This document shows positions 51,725 to 64,000 of a stretch of DNA of 64,000 bases, piece after piece (the stretch's first letter is position 1; each line of letters opens with the position of its first letter). Source of the stretch: Camelus ferus (taxonomy: Eukaryota). The notes beneath the pieces are model-generated. The model had not been told where the DNA came from and ran no database searches. It saw nothing but the letters and a program-made list of their open reading frames with translations. The position numbers and the translations under genes were made by a program. The stretch is from the NCBI RefSeq assembly GCF_009834535.1, contig NC_045696.1:43092001-43156000 (forward strand), written 5' to 3'.

Positions 51725-54700
51725 TATTTTTAAACATTTACCATTTAAATAAAATACACAAAATTACAGAAAAACAAAGCATATAATCATACACCCAACA
51801 CAAAGATTAAAGAAATATTAACATTTTCATATTTTGCAGATGTCTCTTTAAGAAATAAAACATTAAGATAGAGTTAAAATTTTACTCTCTTTGTACTTCT
51901 TTCCTTCTCAGAGATATTGACAGCAAAGCATATTAATGCCATTAATGTCTGTATACTTTGTAACATATATCTGTATTCATCAAATATACTATTCAGTGTG
52001 TTTCTTGAAGGTTTGATAGAATTCATCTAAAAACAACTATGTCTTTGTAGTTAGATTTTTACTTACCAATTTGCTATCTTTTATATTCAGAAGTCAACTA
52101 TATTTTAAAAAAATGTTTTAAGGTGCATTTTTCTAATAAACGTTTGCTTAACTTTTTACTACAAAGGGCATCAAGTTGTCTATATGATTTCTTCCCACAC
52201 CATCTGTAGTTATACTCTTCCTTTTAAACCCATTGTTAATTTTCTAAGGTTTTTTTAATTTACGTAGCCAACATTATAGACTATTACTCTTCCTAAGTTT
52301 GCAGATTATCATCTGGACAATACTGTCTTTGATTTCTTTGTTTTCTATTTTATATGTTCTAACTCTTATTTTTCTTATATTCATCACTTTACTTTTATTA
52401 TTTGCCTTTTTTTTTTCTGATTGTGGGAGTTGAATGCTTAAACCGTTCTTTATATATACGTATTTTTTTAACCTTCTAATATGTAAATATGCTGTGACAA
52501 TATAGCTTTTTCTCAAAGTTTCATTTAGTCTCCTCTATAGTAATGTATAATATTGCCACTTTCCTTCACTTCTAATTATTTATTTTACTTCAATTAAATT
52601 TTAACTTAATGTCCACTGCCAGTTAGTTATATAAAAACAAGTTTTGATATTTCTAAATTAAAGGGCTTGGATATAATATTTTTGCCATTGCATTGGGGTC
52701 ACAGAATGTCCTCTCTATAATATTAATTTGCATCTTTGAGCCTCCCGTTTTGGTTTACTACATTAGCAACTTTTTGTTAATGTTTCTAGTGTTCTTGGAA
52801 AGGGTGTACTCTATTGTGCGAGATGTTTTATTGTGTCCATTAGAAAGTTGGAGTTTGTAATTTTTTATTTTGACTGTTCCTGTGGTCTGCTTCATCTGTC
52901 ACTGAGAAACATGTATTTTTTATCTTCAATTGAAGTGGATTTGTCCATTTCTTATCATAATTCTGTCATATTTTGCTTTGTATAGTTTGAGAGTATACAT
53001 TTCATGGCATATTGTATGATAAATGATAGAATCATCAATGTATTTGTCTTTTTTTGTTATTCAGCTACATTTTTATCCTGAGAATTTATTTTTGCTTTAA
53101 ATTCTGTTTCATACACTATTGTTTTTCTTTGGATTAGCTTTTAAAGATATTTCTTTTTCATCTCTTTACTTTCTACCTTTCTGTTTTATTTTGCTTCAGG
53201 TATATCTCTTTTAAAGTACATATACCTGTTTTTTCTTAAAATCTTTTGTCTTTTACATGATGAATTAAACTTAGTTCTTTACTAAGTTTACTTCCGTGTG
53301 TGTGATGATTGCTGATGTATATGGATTAATTTGTAAGTCTTGGTGTGATTTTTTAATTATACATTTTCTATGAGCGTAGTTTTTCCTTCTCTTTCTTATA
53401 TTGTTAAATTTTCACTTATCTTTCTTGGCTTTACCTATTTGAAAATATTGTTTCCTACCTTTATTCTTTGAGGGACTACTCCAAATATTTAACATGCCTA
53501 AAATAAAAAGTAATAATAATAATATAATTTTAAGATAACCGGTATCTCTTTCTCTTCACTAATAACAGCAAAAAGCCTTTAGAATGTTAAGTCTAAATTC
53601 TCCCTCATGTCTTAACATTGTAATTTTTTCTTCTTTTAATTATACTATTATCTGAACTTTAACCTGTATTGTTGATATTAAGAATTCTTCTTTCCTTATA
53701 AATGTTGCTCTTTCACAAAAATTCTGTATTTTCTAACTGCTTTCAAGATTTTTTTTATTTTGATGTTGTATATTTTTACTCTGAGTGTCTAAAATTTTAC
53801 TCTGCTAGAAACTTTTAATGTTTTTGAATCTGAGGATTTGCATTTTCATCACTTCTAGAAATTTTTCAGCCAAATTTTTCCTTTGACTCTTGCTTCTCCA
53901 CCATTTCTAACATACTTTGCACCCAGAATTTCCTTTTAAATCTCTACTGGACCCTCCCATTCTATTCTCTATTGGTTTCCAACCAATCTTAAATCTTTTA
54001 CATATTTTTCCTTCTCTGAAATGCATTCTCTATTATTTCATCTAATGTTGTTCCAATTTATATATTCTCTTTTCACTTGTGTGTACTTCAACACATTTAT
54101 TGTGAGTTTGTTCTAAGTCCCCTTACTACATTTTCACATGTTTTCTTAGATTATTTTACTATTATCTGTTGCTTCTCCAAATTTCTTCTTTATTTAATCA
54201 CTTAAAACACTGTCTTTCATTTTGTTATTTTATTATCTGAATTGCTTGTTACATTGATCTTCTGGTTTGCTTTTACTCATGAGTTTTACTCGTTGTGAAT
54301 TGTTTCTGTGTGTGTCTATGTTTGACCTTGCTGTTAATGGAGCTTTTCTGTTAAGGAGGTACTGAGCCCCAGCTAGACATGGCAAGTTCACTCAGTTTGA
54401 AGTCTGCTTGACCTTTGTGATGTCTACAGTTCATAAATAAATTTTATGTTACTTTCTTAGCTTAAGGTTTCTTAAACCAATTAGAGAAAATAAATTTAAC
54501 CCTCAAACCTATAAAAAGTATAGGTCAAAGTTTTTATTTTCCAGGAGACTGTACTTTCTGCAGCCAGAGCTTCCTTGCCACCTGCCCTAGCCTTTGGCAG
54601 AACATTTAGCAATCACACTTGCACCAAGTGCACTGATCTTGGCAGTTCTGCCTTTATGCAGACCAATAGCTTGATCTCTTGCTTTCAGGTAAGCACTAAA

Positions 54701-54950
54701 ACAGAGGATCTTGGGCTACTGTGGTCAGTGACTACCAGAAAAATGCACATATTTGTTTAAATGGTAACCACTTTGATTTTTAGGGGTTTTTTGTTTGTTT
54801 GTGGCAAGTGGAGATTCCCTTTCTTATCATTGGTGAGATGAGTGATGCATTTTATGGTTGTTTTATTGTTGTTATATTTTATACAGTACTTATAGGTGCT
54901 TAGAACAAAAGACTTATTCATGTTAGTTCACCATCTTGCCTATAATTGGA
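51725..54950 (-). mobile_element. Ancient L1ME/HAL1-like element, heavily decayed
   Basis: Long T-rich tract with antisense ORF2 and ORF1 remnants ('tctagaaatttttcagccaaa', 'tggatttgtccatttc'). Confidence 0.6.
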
Positions 54951-55350
54951 ACTTTCTTCTTGTTGAAATTTAATAAGGCAGCTAAAAACTACAGATGTTT
55001 GAGGCTACCTCTATCTAATATGCTTAGGATTCCTTTAAAAGAAAATTTGACGTATTTTAGTCATTTGCATCCTACCTTCAGGATTTGTGGCATATGTGAC
55101 CATTAGTATTACTTATTTCATAGTTTTTGCTAAATAAATGCACTAAAACAAAAATAAAGCAAAAATAAAACCTCAAATGGATTATTTATCCTGGATCTAA
55201 ATAATATCTGGCAAATCATTATTTTTTTTCAGCAATTGTAATTTTCAAGTTAAGCATCAAATTAGATATGTAACTGTTTTTAATAATGTTGTCAGTCTTA
55301 CCATCTAGGATCACATATGGTAGTAGAGTCATGAAACACTTTAAGAAATT

Positions 55351-58146
55351 GGGGAGCTTCAAGATGGCAGAATAGAAGGATGCAGAGCTCACCCTCTCCC
55401 ATGAATACATCAGAAATAATCTGCATGTGGAATTATTCTCACAGGATACCTACCAAACTTTGGCAGAAGATCTTGTACAATTAGAACTATAAGGAGAATC
55501 TTACCAAAACTCAGTAGGAGAGAAAAAGAAAAAGAAAAAGGAATTCAGGGCAGGACCTGCCCCCTGGGGAGAAGCAGCAAATGAGGAAAAACACCCTCAC
55601 CTGGGAAGCCCCCTGTCCAGCTGGGAAAGAAGGGGAGCTTTACGCCTGGAGGAGAGAGCAGCAGCCACTTGGCAGGCCGAATGCAGAGAAACCAGCACAG
55701 AGGTCTGTGCGATCCCTAGACTGAGATGTGAGCCGGGACTAGGTGCTGGAGCTCAGGCTTCAGAGAGAGGATTGGGGTTGACCACTTAGACGCAGCCACA
55801 GGGGGCTGGAGTGTGGTGCAGGCTGAGGCTGGGAATATGTGCGAAAGAGCCTGGGTCTACCATAGAAAACTCCACTGCTGATACTCAAGCTGGTGAGGGT
55901 CGCAATGCAGCCAGCCATAGCAGCCTTCTCCCCTAGCCCAGAGGGCATTGCTCACCTCACCATTGTTAAGGTGTTCTCACGGAGGGATGGGTGTAATGTT
56001 GCCCGGCCATAGCAGCCTTCTCTGCCAGCCTACAGGGCATTACTTGGCTGCCCCATTGTTAACACATTCTTGGGAAGGAATGGGTGGGGTCCAGACATAG
56101 CAGTCTTCTCCACTTGCTCTGAAGGGGCACAGTAGCTAGTGGGCAGCTCCCAAACAGAGGCAGGGCTGAAACCTGAACTCATTCCCAGGGGTCACACAAA
56201 TTTGCAGGTGGGATAGAAATTTGAGTTGAGCCCCTGGCAGCTGTGGCAGATTTACTCTGCTGGTGCCTTTGTAAGCTCAGTGCCTCTGGGACATCGAAGC
56301 AGAATATTGGTGCCTGGCAGGGGCAGATCTGGTGGTAACAGCTGGTGTGCATATGCAGAGGCAGGACTGGGGTCTGGGTTGACTCTGTAGTCCACGGTGG
56401 ATCCAGGTGTGCGACTACACACGCACTACACCAGGTCCTGATGCCTGACATCAATGGATCTGCACTCGCGACTTTGTGAACACAGAGCCTAAGGGACACC
56501 AGAGCCTGTCAGCATTACCACAGCTGAGGTGGAGACAAGGCAGCATCAAAAAAGTGTACTTTGTAAGCCCACACAATTAGTGATAGGCAATACCACAGAA
56601 CGCATTTTCTGGTGGACATCTGCTATGGAGGAATACTCAGTGGCTCTTCTCCCAGTAAAAGTACTGCAGTCCTGCCTACCACGTACCACAGCTTGCAAAC
56701 AGACCTGGAAACGTCTACTCTAACACCAGGGGAGCAGATCTGGCCCCGGACAGGGCTGTGACAAACACAGAACAAGGAGGAGGCCCTGCTCAATGTCCGG
56801 TGCAGGCTTTGGTCACCACAACACTCCCAATCAAGAGACTAACAGCCAGCACACATGGAGGAAAAAGGTGGCAGCCATCTGTACTAAAAACAGCCCTCAC
56901 AACAAAAATACTAGACACACACAGGAACGCTCCCACGTAAAAACCACCCCTAAAGACCACAGTAGGTAACTGTTACTCCTAAATTCATAAAGTCTGAGAA
57001 ATAAGAAAAATGAAGAAGCTGAGGAACTGCTCCCAATTAAAAGAGTAAGAGAAGTCCCCTGAAAGAATGAACAATGAAATAAACCTTGACAGTCTACCAG
57101 AACTTGAGTTCAAAGAGGAGACGATGTAAGTGCTGATGGGAATAAGAGAGGTTATTAACAGAAATGAAGAATACTGTAAAAAAGAAATAGAAACTGTAAA
57201 GAGGAGCCAGTAAAATCAGAAAACTCAGTTGCTAAGATAAAAGCTGAGCTAAAGGCAATTAATAGCAGATTAAATAATGCAGAAGAACAAATAAGTGATT
57301 TAGATGATAGAATAATGGAAATAACTCCATCAGAACAGCAGAAAGAAAAACAAATTTTAACAAAAGAGAGTAATATAAAGGACCTACAGGATAATATACA
57401 CATATTAGGCGTCCCAGAAGGAGAAGAAAGAGAAATGGGGAATCTAAAACATATTTAAAGAAATTATGACTGAAAACATCCCAAACCTAAAGAAGGAAAC
57501 AGATATCCAAGTACAGGAAGCACAGAGGGTCCTAAACAAGATGAACACAAACAGACCTGCACTGTGACATTTTATAATTAAGATGACCAAATGTAAAGAT
57601 AAAGAAAAGATTCTAAAGGCAGCAAAAGAAAAACAAAAAGTTACAAGGGAACCCCTATAAGGCTATCATCTGATTTCTCTGCAGAAGCACTGCAGGCCAG
57701 AAGGGAGTAGCAAGATACATTCAAACTCCTGAAAGAGAAAAACCTGCAACCTCAGATGCTCTACCCAGCAAGACTATCATTTAGAATAGGAGGAGAGATA
57801 AAGAATTTCTCAGACAAGCAAAAACTAAAAGAATACAGCAATATTAAACCTATCCAGAAAGAAATATTAAAAGGTCTTCTCCAAATAGAAAAGCAGGAAT
57901 CTACAGAGAAGAGAAAACTACAATTGGATATGTGATAACTAGAATGAACAGCAAAAGAAGAAACACAAAGATGTAAAGGAGGACATCAAAATCACAAAAT
58001 GTGGGAGAGGGAAGCAAGAAAATACAGACTTTTTTTCATTCTTTTTAGGATGTCTTTGAGCCTATATGATTACAAGTCTAAAGCAAATAGATATAGCAAT
58101 GGGTTAACATACTTGAAAAATAGGATAACCACAAGTCAAAAGGATA
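55351..58146 (+). mobile_element. Older L1 subfamily copy: 5'UTR, ORF1 and part of the spacer; 3'-truncated
   Basis: 5' end GGGGAGCTTCAAGATGGCAG (YY1-like, 55361-55368). Decayed ORF1 at about 57010-57890. Homology ends at about 58146 with no ORF2, poly(A) or TSD. Confidence 0.9.
57010..57890 (+). pseudogene. Decayed L1 ORF1
   Basis: MKKLRNCSQLKE*EKSPE..., IMTENIPNLKKETDIQVQEAQRVLNK, PIRLSSDFS; several stops and frameshifts. Confidence 0.88.
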
Positions 58147-59264
58147 CTGAAGTAGTAAAAATCTTTATCACCTATGATCATAAAAACTAAGTGAATACAG
58201 TTACTAATGAATTAATGCAGCCTATTCGAATATTTATAGATGAAATGAATAATGTGTTTGAATTTTAATTGTTTACTAGATGATGAATATACTTTATAAA
58301 TATATTTTACATTAATATACAATACTATATAATTTATAACATTATTGATACTGTATATTTTATAGTATTAGTATCCTTTAACCTCAACACTTACTTATAT
58401 TTTTAGTTTTAATAATTCCTAACCTTACTCCATATTTCTAAAATTTTTTTTTTACTAACACGTGCTTTTGAATTTTCTTGTGCTCTTATATTATAGTCAC
58501 ATTGAGGATTAGAAATGTGCCTTACTCGTCTCTGAATTCACTTTAATGTCCAGTAAACTACTTTGGATGGAAATTAAACTCGAAGTGAGTTAAACTGGTC
58601 AAAATAATCAAACCCACTCATTAGGTAGATAACCTTGATAATTACTGAGCAATTGTTTCTTGTAAAATTGGATTCTGATTAACAGCATCACACGAGAAAC
58701 AATGTGTCTGTAGTCATTTACTCATGAGAAAAATACTAGCGCTTTTAGTTTTACCTCAGTTGATTGACTAATGCTTCTGATATTTTCATTTTGTGACTAA
58801 ATGTTCTATAGAATTTAAAAGGAGGTTGACATATCACACTAGCATTTTCCTTTACCAAAATTGCATTTTTGCTTTCAAAATGAACATAAATGTTGCTAGA
58901 AAAATGTAGCAATGAACTATAATAAATCTAATTCAGTTGCATTGTTACAGGTCATTATAAATCCCAATAAAATTGTTATTTTTCCTAATGAAAACATTAT
59001 TGAAAGCTATGACTCAATCTTATTGTTTTGCCCATAGAGGCATGAAAAAGAATATTAAAAATAAAATTATTTTTCTGCTTTGCTTGTATTTGTTATTTTC
59101 AAAATCCAATTACCAAAAATTGGACTGTGATAAAGTAAAAACACATATTAATTTATCAGTAACGGCTTGTCCAACTCCACAGTGACAAAGTTTTCCTCCA
59201 ATATAAATGTCCTGAAAGAGGAAGATTTCACTATAAAAAATTATAAGGCTATAGAAATTGAATT

Positions 59265-59520
59265 TTAATTTAATAAATATTTATCAAGTGCCTAGTCCTT
59301 CTCAAGTATTATGTTAGACACTAGGGAAGCAAAGCGGTCAGATGTTACTCCTGTTCTCAAAAAGTTTAATAATATAATGATTGTAATGATAGAAATATGT
59401 ATAGATTTTCAAGGCAGTACGGGGGCAGGCTATACTTCTGGTTGTAGGAGTAAGATATCTGTGTAGAAAAAGGAATTTGCCTCTTAGAATTGGTTGTAAA
59501 GGCATTTATGGGAGAAAAAT
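59265..59520 (-). mobile_element. L2 3' end
   Basis: 'taataaatatttatcaagtgcctagtcc...ttatgttagacactaggga'. Confidence 0.55.
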
Positions 59521-60209
59521 ATAAAAATCCACAGCGAAATATAATAGTATGACACAGGTGGAATAAAATCATTTGATATTGCGTGATACAAGGACGAGCG
59601 GGAAGCTCTAAGAGATGAGTTGGGAAAGAGGGTACGTGGACATACCTTGTAAGTGACACCGTGAGGGCGTGAGAAGTCCTAAGGAGCTTGTTTCTCCAGG
59701 TTAAAACACATTTTTAAAATCCAGCACTTGGCAGTAGATACTGGTATCTTGTCATGAGCTTTTTCTTCAAATCAAGATACTGAAAACAGAAACAGAAAAC
59801 CAATAAATCATTCTGAGAAGAAATGTTGGCAATTATTTGGAGCACATTTAACAAAAATTTGCAAATATGATGATAGTTATATAGATGTGTGCAGTGGCTG
59901 ATAAAGTATTTTGCAGGACTGATCTAGTAACATTTGACCAAAAGGCCTTTCATAGAATGTGTTTGCCAACAACAGATGAAGAACGCAGACTACATTTTTG
60001 TCGCCCTGACTAGACATAAAAAACACTAGTAAAATGTCTGCTCATTTTAGATATACTTAACTATTAGAAGGACATGTCTGCCATCAGAAAATCACCTTTT
60101 AAATAATTTATTTTCTTCATTTAATAATTTATTGAGTACTGCCATCTATGAATACATGTATATTAATATGGATGAATCTAGTCTTCACTACTATTAATTT
60201 CGTAAAATT

Positions 60210-60430
60210 CAAGTGTTTAAAAGTACCGGCTTTGTAAACAGAATTCCCAGAGCTTAAGTTTTGCCTTTACTATTTGCTAAGCACGTGAATTTGAATAAGT
60301 GCTTTCACTTCCCTTCATTTTAATTTCCTCCTCTTTACAATAGGAATGCATGTACAACAGGGATGCATGTAAAATGTCACTACTTTGTCCCACACATAGC
60401 CGTGCTGATTGTTGCTGCTGCTGTTATTAT
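60210..60430 (+). mobile_element. MIR SINE
   Basis: 'tactatttgctaagcacgtgaatttgaataagtgc...tttcctcctctttacaatagg'. Confidence 0.55.
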
Positions 60431-61049
60431 TATTATAGTACTATTGTTGTCATCAGGATTTTGTACAGAAAGCACATTTACAAGTCCTGCTGATGATCTG
60501 CTACCAAAATCTGCATAACAGTGCAAGTCAATGCTTGTTAATTTTCCCCACCATGTGTCTATCTTTCTTACCAGCACTTCCTACATGTTCTCTTTACAAT
60601 GAAAACTCAATGGACAGTACAGGTCATGATATTCTGTTAAAGATACTATGTATAAGTTCTGTTTCAATTAGTCATCTGGATAATATGGGCTGTTATCATT
60701 TTATCAGATTTAATTGATTTATTGCTGATATTCCCTTATAATAAGGCCAGTAAAAATGTTACTCTTGAGATAAGAGAAATTTTAACCATGATTTTTATCT
60801 TTCCAACATTAGCATTATCTTTAACTTTAGTAGTTTTGAAGAGATCTAAGTCTACTTGGTATAAGTGAATTTAGTTTAAATAGAATATGTGAATTCAATT
60901 CATTAGCACTCATGAACAGTGATATACAACAATATGCTGAAAATTAATCAATGAATATTCAGAAGTATTTCTTGGGTGACCGTTAGATCCCAAAACATAT
61001 TTAGACACACTGAAACATCATGAATTCTACTGGGCAGAATCAGATCATT

Positions 61050-61480
61050 AGAAAATAAAAAATACAATGTATAATGTGTTAAAAGAACTTAAGTCTATGA
61101 AGAAAGATACAACCAGGAGAATGAGAAAGGAAAGGTATGCCTTGTGGTGTGGGCACGAGTGAGAGATGGTGTGTAGCAGCTTTGTAAAACGAAGTCAGGG
61201 AAGACTTCCCTGAGAAAATAACACTTAAGTAAAGATCTGAAAGAGATTAAAGAGTGAACCTTGTGAACAGCTGAGAAAGGAAGGAACAGAAGACGCCTCA
61301 GTGAGAGGGGTGTTGTGCATGTTTCTCAAACACAGAAGGGCAGCACGGCTGCAGCTGGAGGAGCAGGAAGCAAGACCAGAGGGCCATGGGGAGGGATGAT
61401 GAAGGGCCTCGCAGGCCGCTGTCGTGACTCCGGCTTTGCCATGTCATTAGGAAACGTGCTCCGAAGACCTTGAATACCAT
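61050..61480 (-). mobile_element. L2 fragment
   Basis: 'gtcagggaagacttccctgagaaaataacacttaagtaaagatctgaaaga'. Confidence 0.65.
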
Positions 61481-61899
61481 GTAGGCTGCATGACCATCTG
61501 ACACTCCGACCAATTGAGAAAGGCAGTATGAATGTACTAATTAAACAGTAGAAAGTGCAATTTCTTGTTGTGCAGGTAAAAATTAAATGTAAATAAAAAG
61601 TTGTGTTTTGTAGCTTACTATGTAATTGCTGTACCCAGTGGAGTGAGCAGTGTTATGTATCACCCTGCAGCAGCTACATAGCAATGGAAAGCACAAAAGC
61701 GCTTTGCCGTGAGCCATGCCAAACTCTGAGTACCAAAGATGAAGGCAAGAAACAGAGAAAAAGGAAAAGATTTTTAGAGAGCATTAAAAAAGTCAGAATT
61801 AAATCTGCGGACTACACCAACTCATGTCTTCACCCTTCTGAAAACATTTCTTCAGCAAATAATTATTTTGTCCCATTCTATATGAGTAAGGACAAGAAA

Positions 61900-62880
61900 G
61901 AAACCCTTGCCTACATACTACCAGATAAAGGGATAAAATAACACAAGCAAAGGATGAGTCATCAGAGAAATGACTCAGAAAATGGAGGGAGACATTAGAT
62001 AAGCATATCAACCTAGCCTCCAAGAAATCACAAGCAACATGCTATCTCTAAAGAAAGTCTGAAAGTTCATAAAAGAATCTGTAAGACAACAGGGGCCTTA
62101 AAGTGAACTAGTGTATTTGGGACAAAATAAAAGAGAAAAACATTATAGTGATGAAAGTCATTAAAGCAATGAAAATAGAAAAAAAGAGTGGGAACAAAAC
62201 AAACGGCATGGGAGAGGCTAGGCTTACCTAAATCACAGAGGATGAAATGGTAAAGAACAGTCATTACAAAGTAATTATAAAGAAGATGATGTGTATGGAA
62301 GACAGACAAAAGTGATGTCACCAACCTTGGCTGATTCTGAAGAAAACAAAAAGAACAGGGGGAAAAAATCCCAAATAGAATAGAATAAAACTTTTCTGAA
62401 AGGAAAAAAGAGTGGACTTATGTACAGAAAGGGCACAGAGTATGCGAGAATAAAATAATGCAGAATGATTAACCTAAGCACATGTCAGGACAAATTTACT
62501 GTATTTTTAGGATGAATAAAAAGTTATATTTACAGCAAAAAAGGAGCCATGGAGAAGGAAAACTCAAGATGACCTCAGGCTTCACCACATCAATGCAGAA
62601 GAAGGTGGAGTGCTCCCTGCCAAGGTCTGACGAAGATGTGTTTCAAGAATTGTATTCCAAGTAGTTTTTCAAGTATAAAGCAAAAAATAAATACGTATAT
62701 TTTCCTATATGCAAAAAAACCCAGGGAATAGAGTACTAGTGATTCTCTCCTGGGAAACTGCCAAAAAATATAACAGAGTGAATAGACACATCAAAAGAAG
62801 CAATTTAGTAATAGAGATGTGATAAAATGGCTGATGGTGATCACTAAATTTATTTAAATACCAAACTAAAACTGATCAAT
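61900..62880 (+). mobile_element. Ancient L1M/HAL1 ORF1-region remnant
   Basis: A-rich decayed ORF1 ('gacctcaggcttcaccacatcaatgcagaaga...aagaattgtattccaag'). Confidence 0.5.
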
Positions 62881-63097
62881 CATGCCAATCATGGTAGATG
62901 TTTGAAATGAGTGTATTTTAGACACCAAGAGGCCATTTGGCATCTGAAAATTCACCTTCTGTTAGGCAGCCCGACTTCCCACACACTTTAATTACAGGAG
63001 TCTCCAGCACCATTATTTCTATTGACAGAAATGGGTGGACGCCACTCAGTTTTCTCTGAAACCACCCTGGCATCAGAGAAAATACTGCTAGTGAGAT

Positions 63098-63459
63098 TGT
63101 TAATTAAACAAGGGGGCCGTGGGACCGAGGAGGCGCTGATGTCTTGGGAGCCTAGGTCAGCAAACGAGAACCTGAGCCAGAGTCAGTTCCTCTAAATGCA
63201 CTCTTATATCCCACAAAGTGAAATTTAAGAACCATCAATACAAACAGCTAACCAGGCTTTCCCAAACGAGGCAACCACTTAAGCTACAGCCAATCAAATA
63301 ATGTCTTCACTTTATGTCTGCTCTATAAATGCCTCTCCCCTCCCTCCTGTCAACAGAGTGTTCCTAACCACTCCCGGTTTGACACTGCCCAATTGGAATT
63401 GATGTTTGTCTAAATAAAGTCTTAAAAATTTTAATGTGCCTCAGTTTCTCTTTTTAACA
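63098..63459 (+). mobile_element. Complete ERV1 (MER4-group-like) solo LTR, 362 bp
   Basis: TGTTAA...TTAACA termini; flanks GAGAT/GAGGT; CCAAT at about 63290, TATAAA at about 63324, AATAAA at about 63413. Confidence 0.85.
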
Positions 63460-64000
63460 GAGGTAATGGGGCTTCACCCCACAGAGCTGCATAAAACTGA
63501 ACATGTACAGCACTTTTGGGGAGCCCTAGAGTTACAGGAAAACAATTTTATCCAGCTTCTTCTTTGGCTTTGGTAAGTGGTTTAACTGACTGTATGGCCA
63601 CTGTCATCTTAATGATGTATGGGTTTTTAATGGAACCTGTAATTTTCATTGAATATACAGTTCAGTTGTCTGACATCTAAAAAAAAGATCAAAATTTTAA
63701 TTCCCATATGAATAATAACTAGCAAGGATTCGATTTGGAAAAAATGCAAATTCACGGACAGATGAGACATTCTCGAGGCTGGTAACTACGAATAACAGAG
63801 CAGCCAGAAATGAAATCATGATATCTTTACATGAGAATGGGCCCAGGATATTGCCGTAGTCATTTCCATATTACTGGATCCCTTATGATGTATGACAGCA
63901 CAACACACTGGCTCTTATCCTTTGGTGTACTATTGTGTCTAGAGGTACTGGCCTTATTTATTACTGGAAGGTAGATTGCATTTTGGACCACTCCCTGCCT

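Noticed and set aside
1..64000. CRISPR arrays, tRNA/rRNA genes, prokaryotic operons and the remaining 60-135 aa ORFs
   Set aside because: No regular repeat-spacer array or RNA gene was recognised. The short ORFs lack recognisable domains and are expected by chance in mammalian non-coding DNA.

Overview
Repeat-rich, AT-rich eutherian genomic DNA with no recognisable intact protein-coding gene. I saw no Alu, rodent B1/B2, BovB/Bov-tA or Can-SINE copies. The L1 3'UTRs look laurasiatherian, so a camelid-like host is a plausible inference. Main contents: (1) a young full-length LINE-1 on the minus strand (8731-16328, 14-bp TSD) with only three inactivating lesions and a second L1 3' end fused behind its poly(A) tail; (2) a TSD-flanked, doubly deleted 'ORF1-only' L1 (25544-28377); (3) a rearranged, permuted L1 insertion (45923-47171); (4) a 3'-truncated older L1 with 5'UTR monomers (55351-58146); (5) a decayed RPS28 processed pseudogene (about 5775-6140); (6) solo LTRs, hAT MITEs, and many MIR, L2 and old L1M fragments. 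The most notable observations are a small inter-ORF reading frame that overlaps the L1 ORF2 start codon and is kept in frame in two divergent L1 subfamilies, and a 42-bp-stem hairpin (43910-44034) whose mismatches are mostly G-U compatible on the + strand. Family names and boundaries of old repeats are by eye and approximate.
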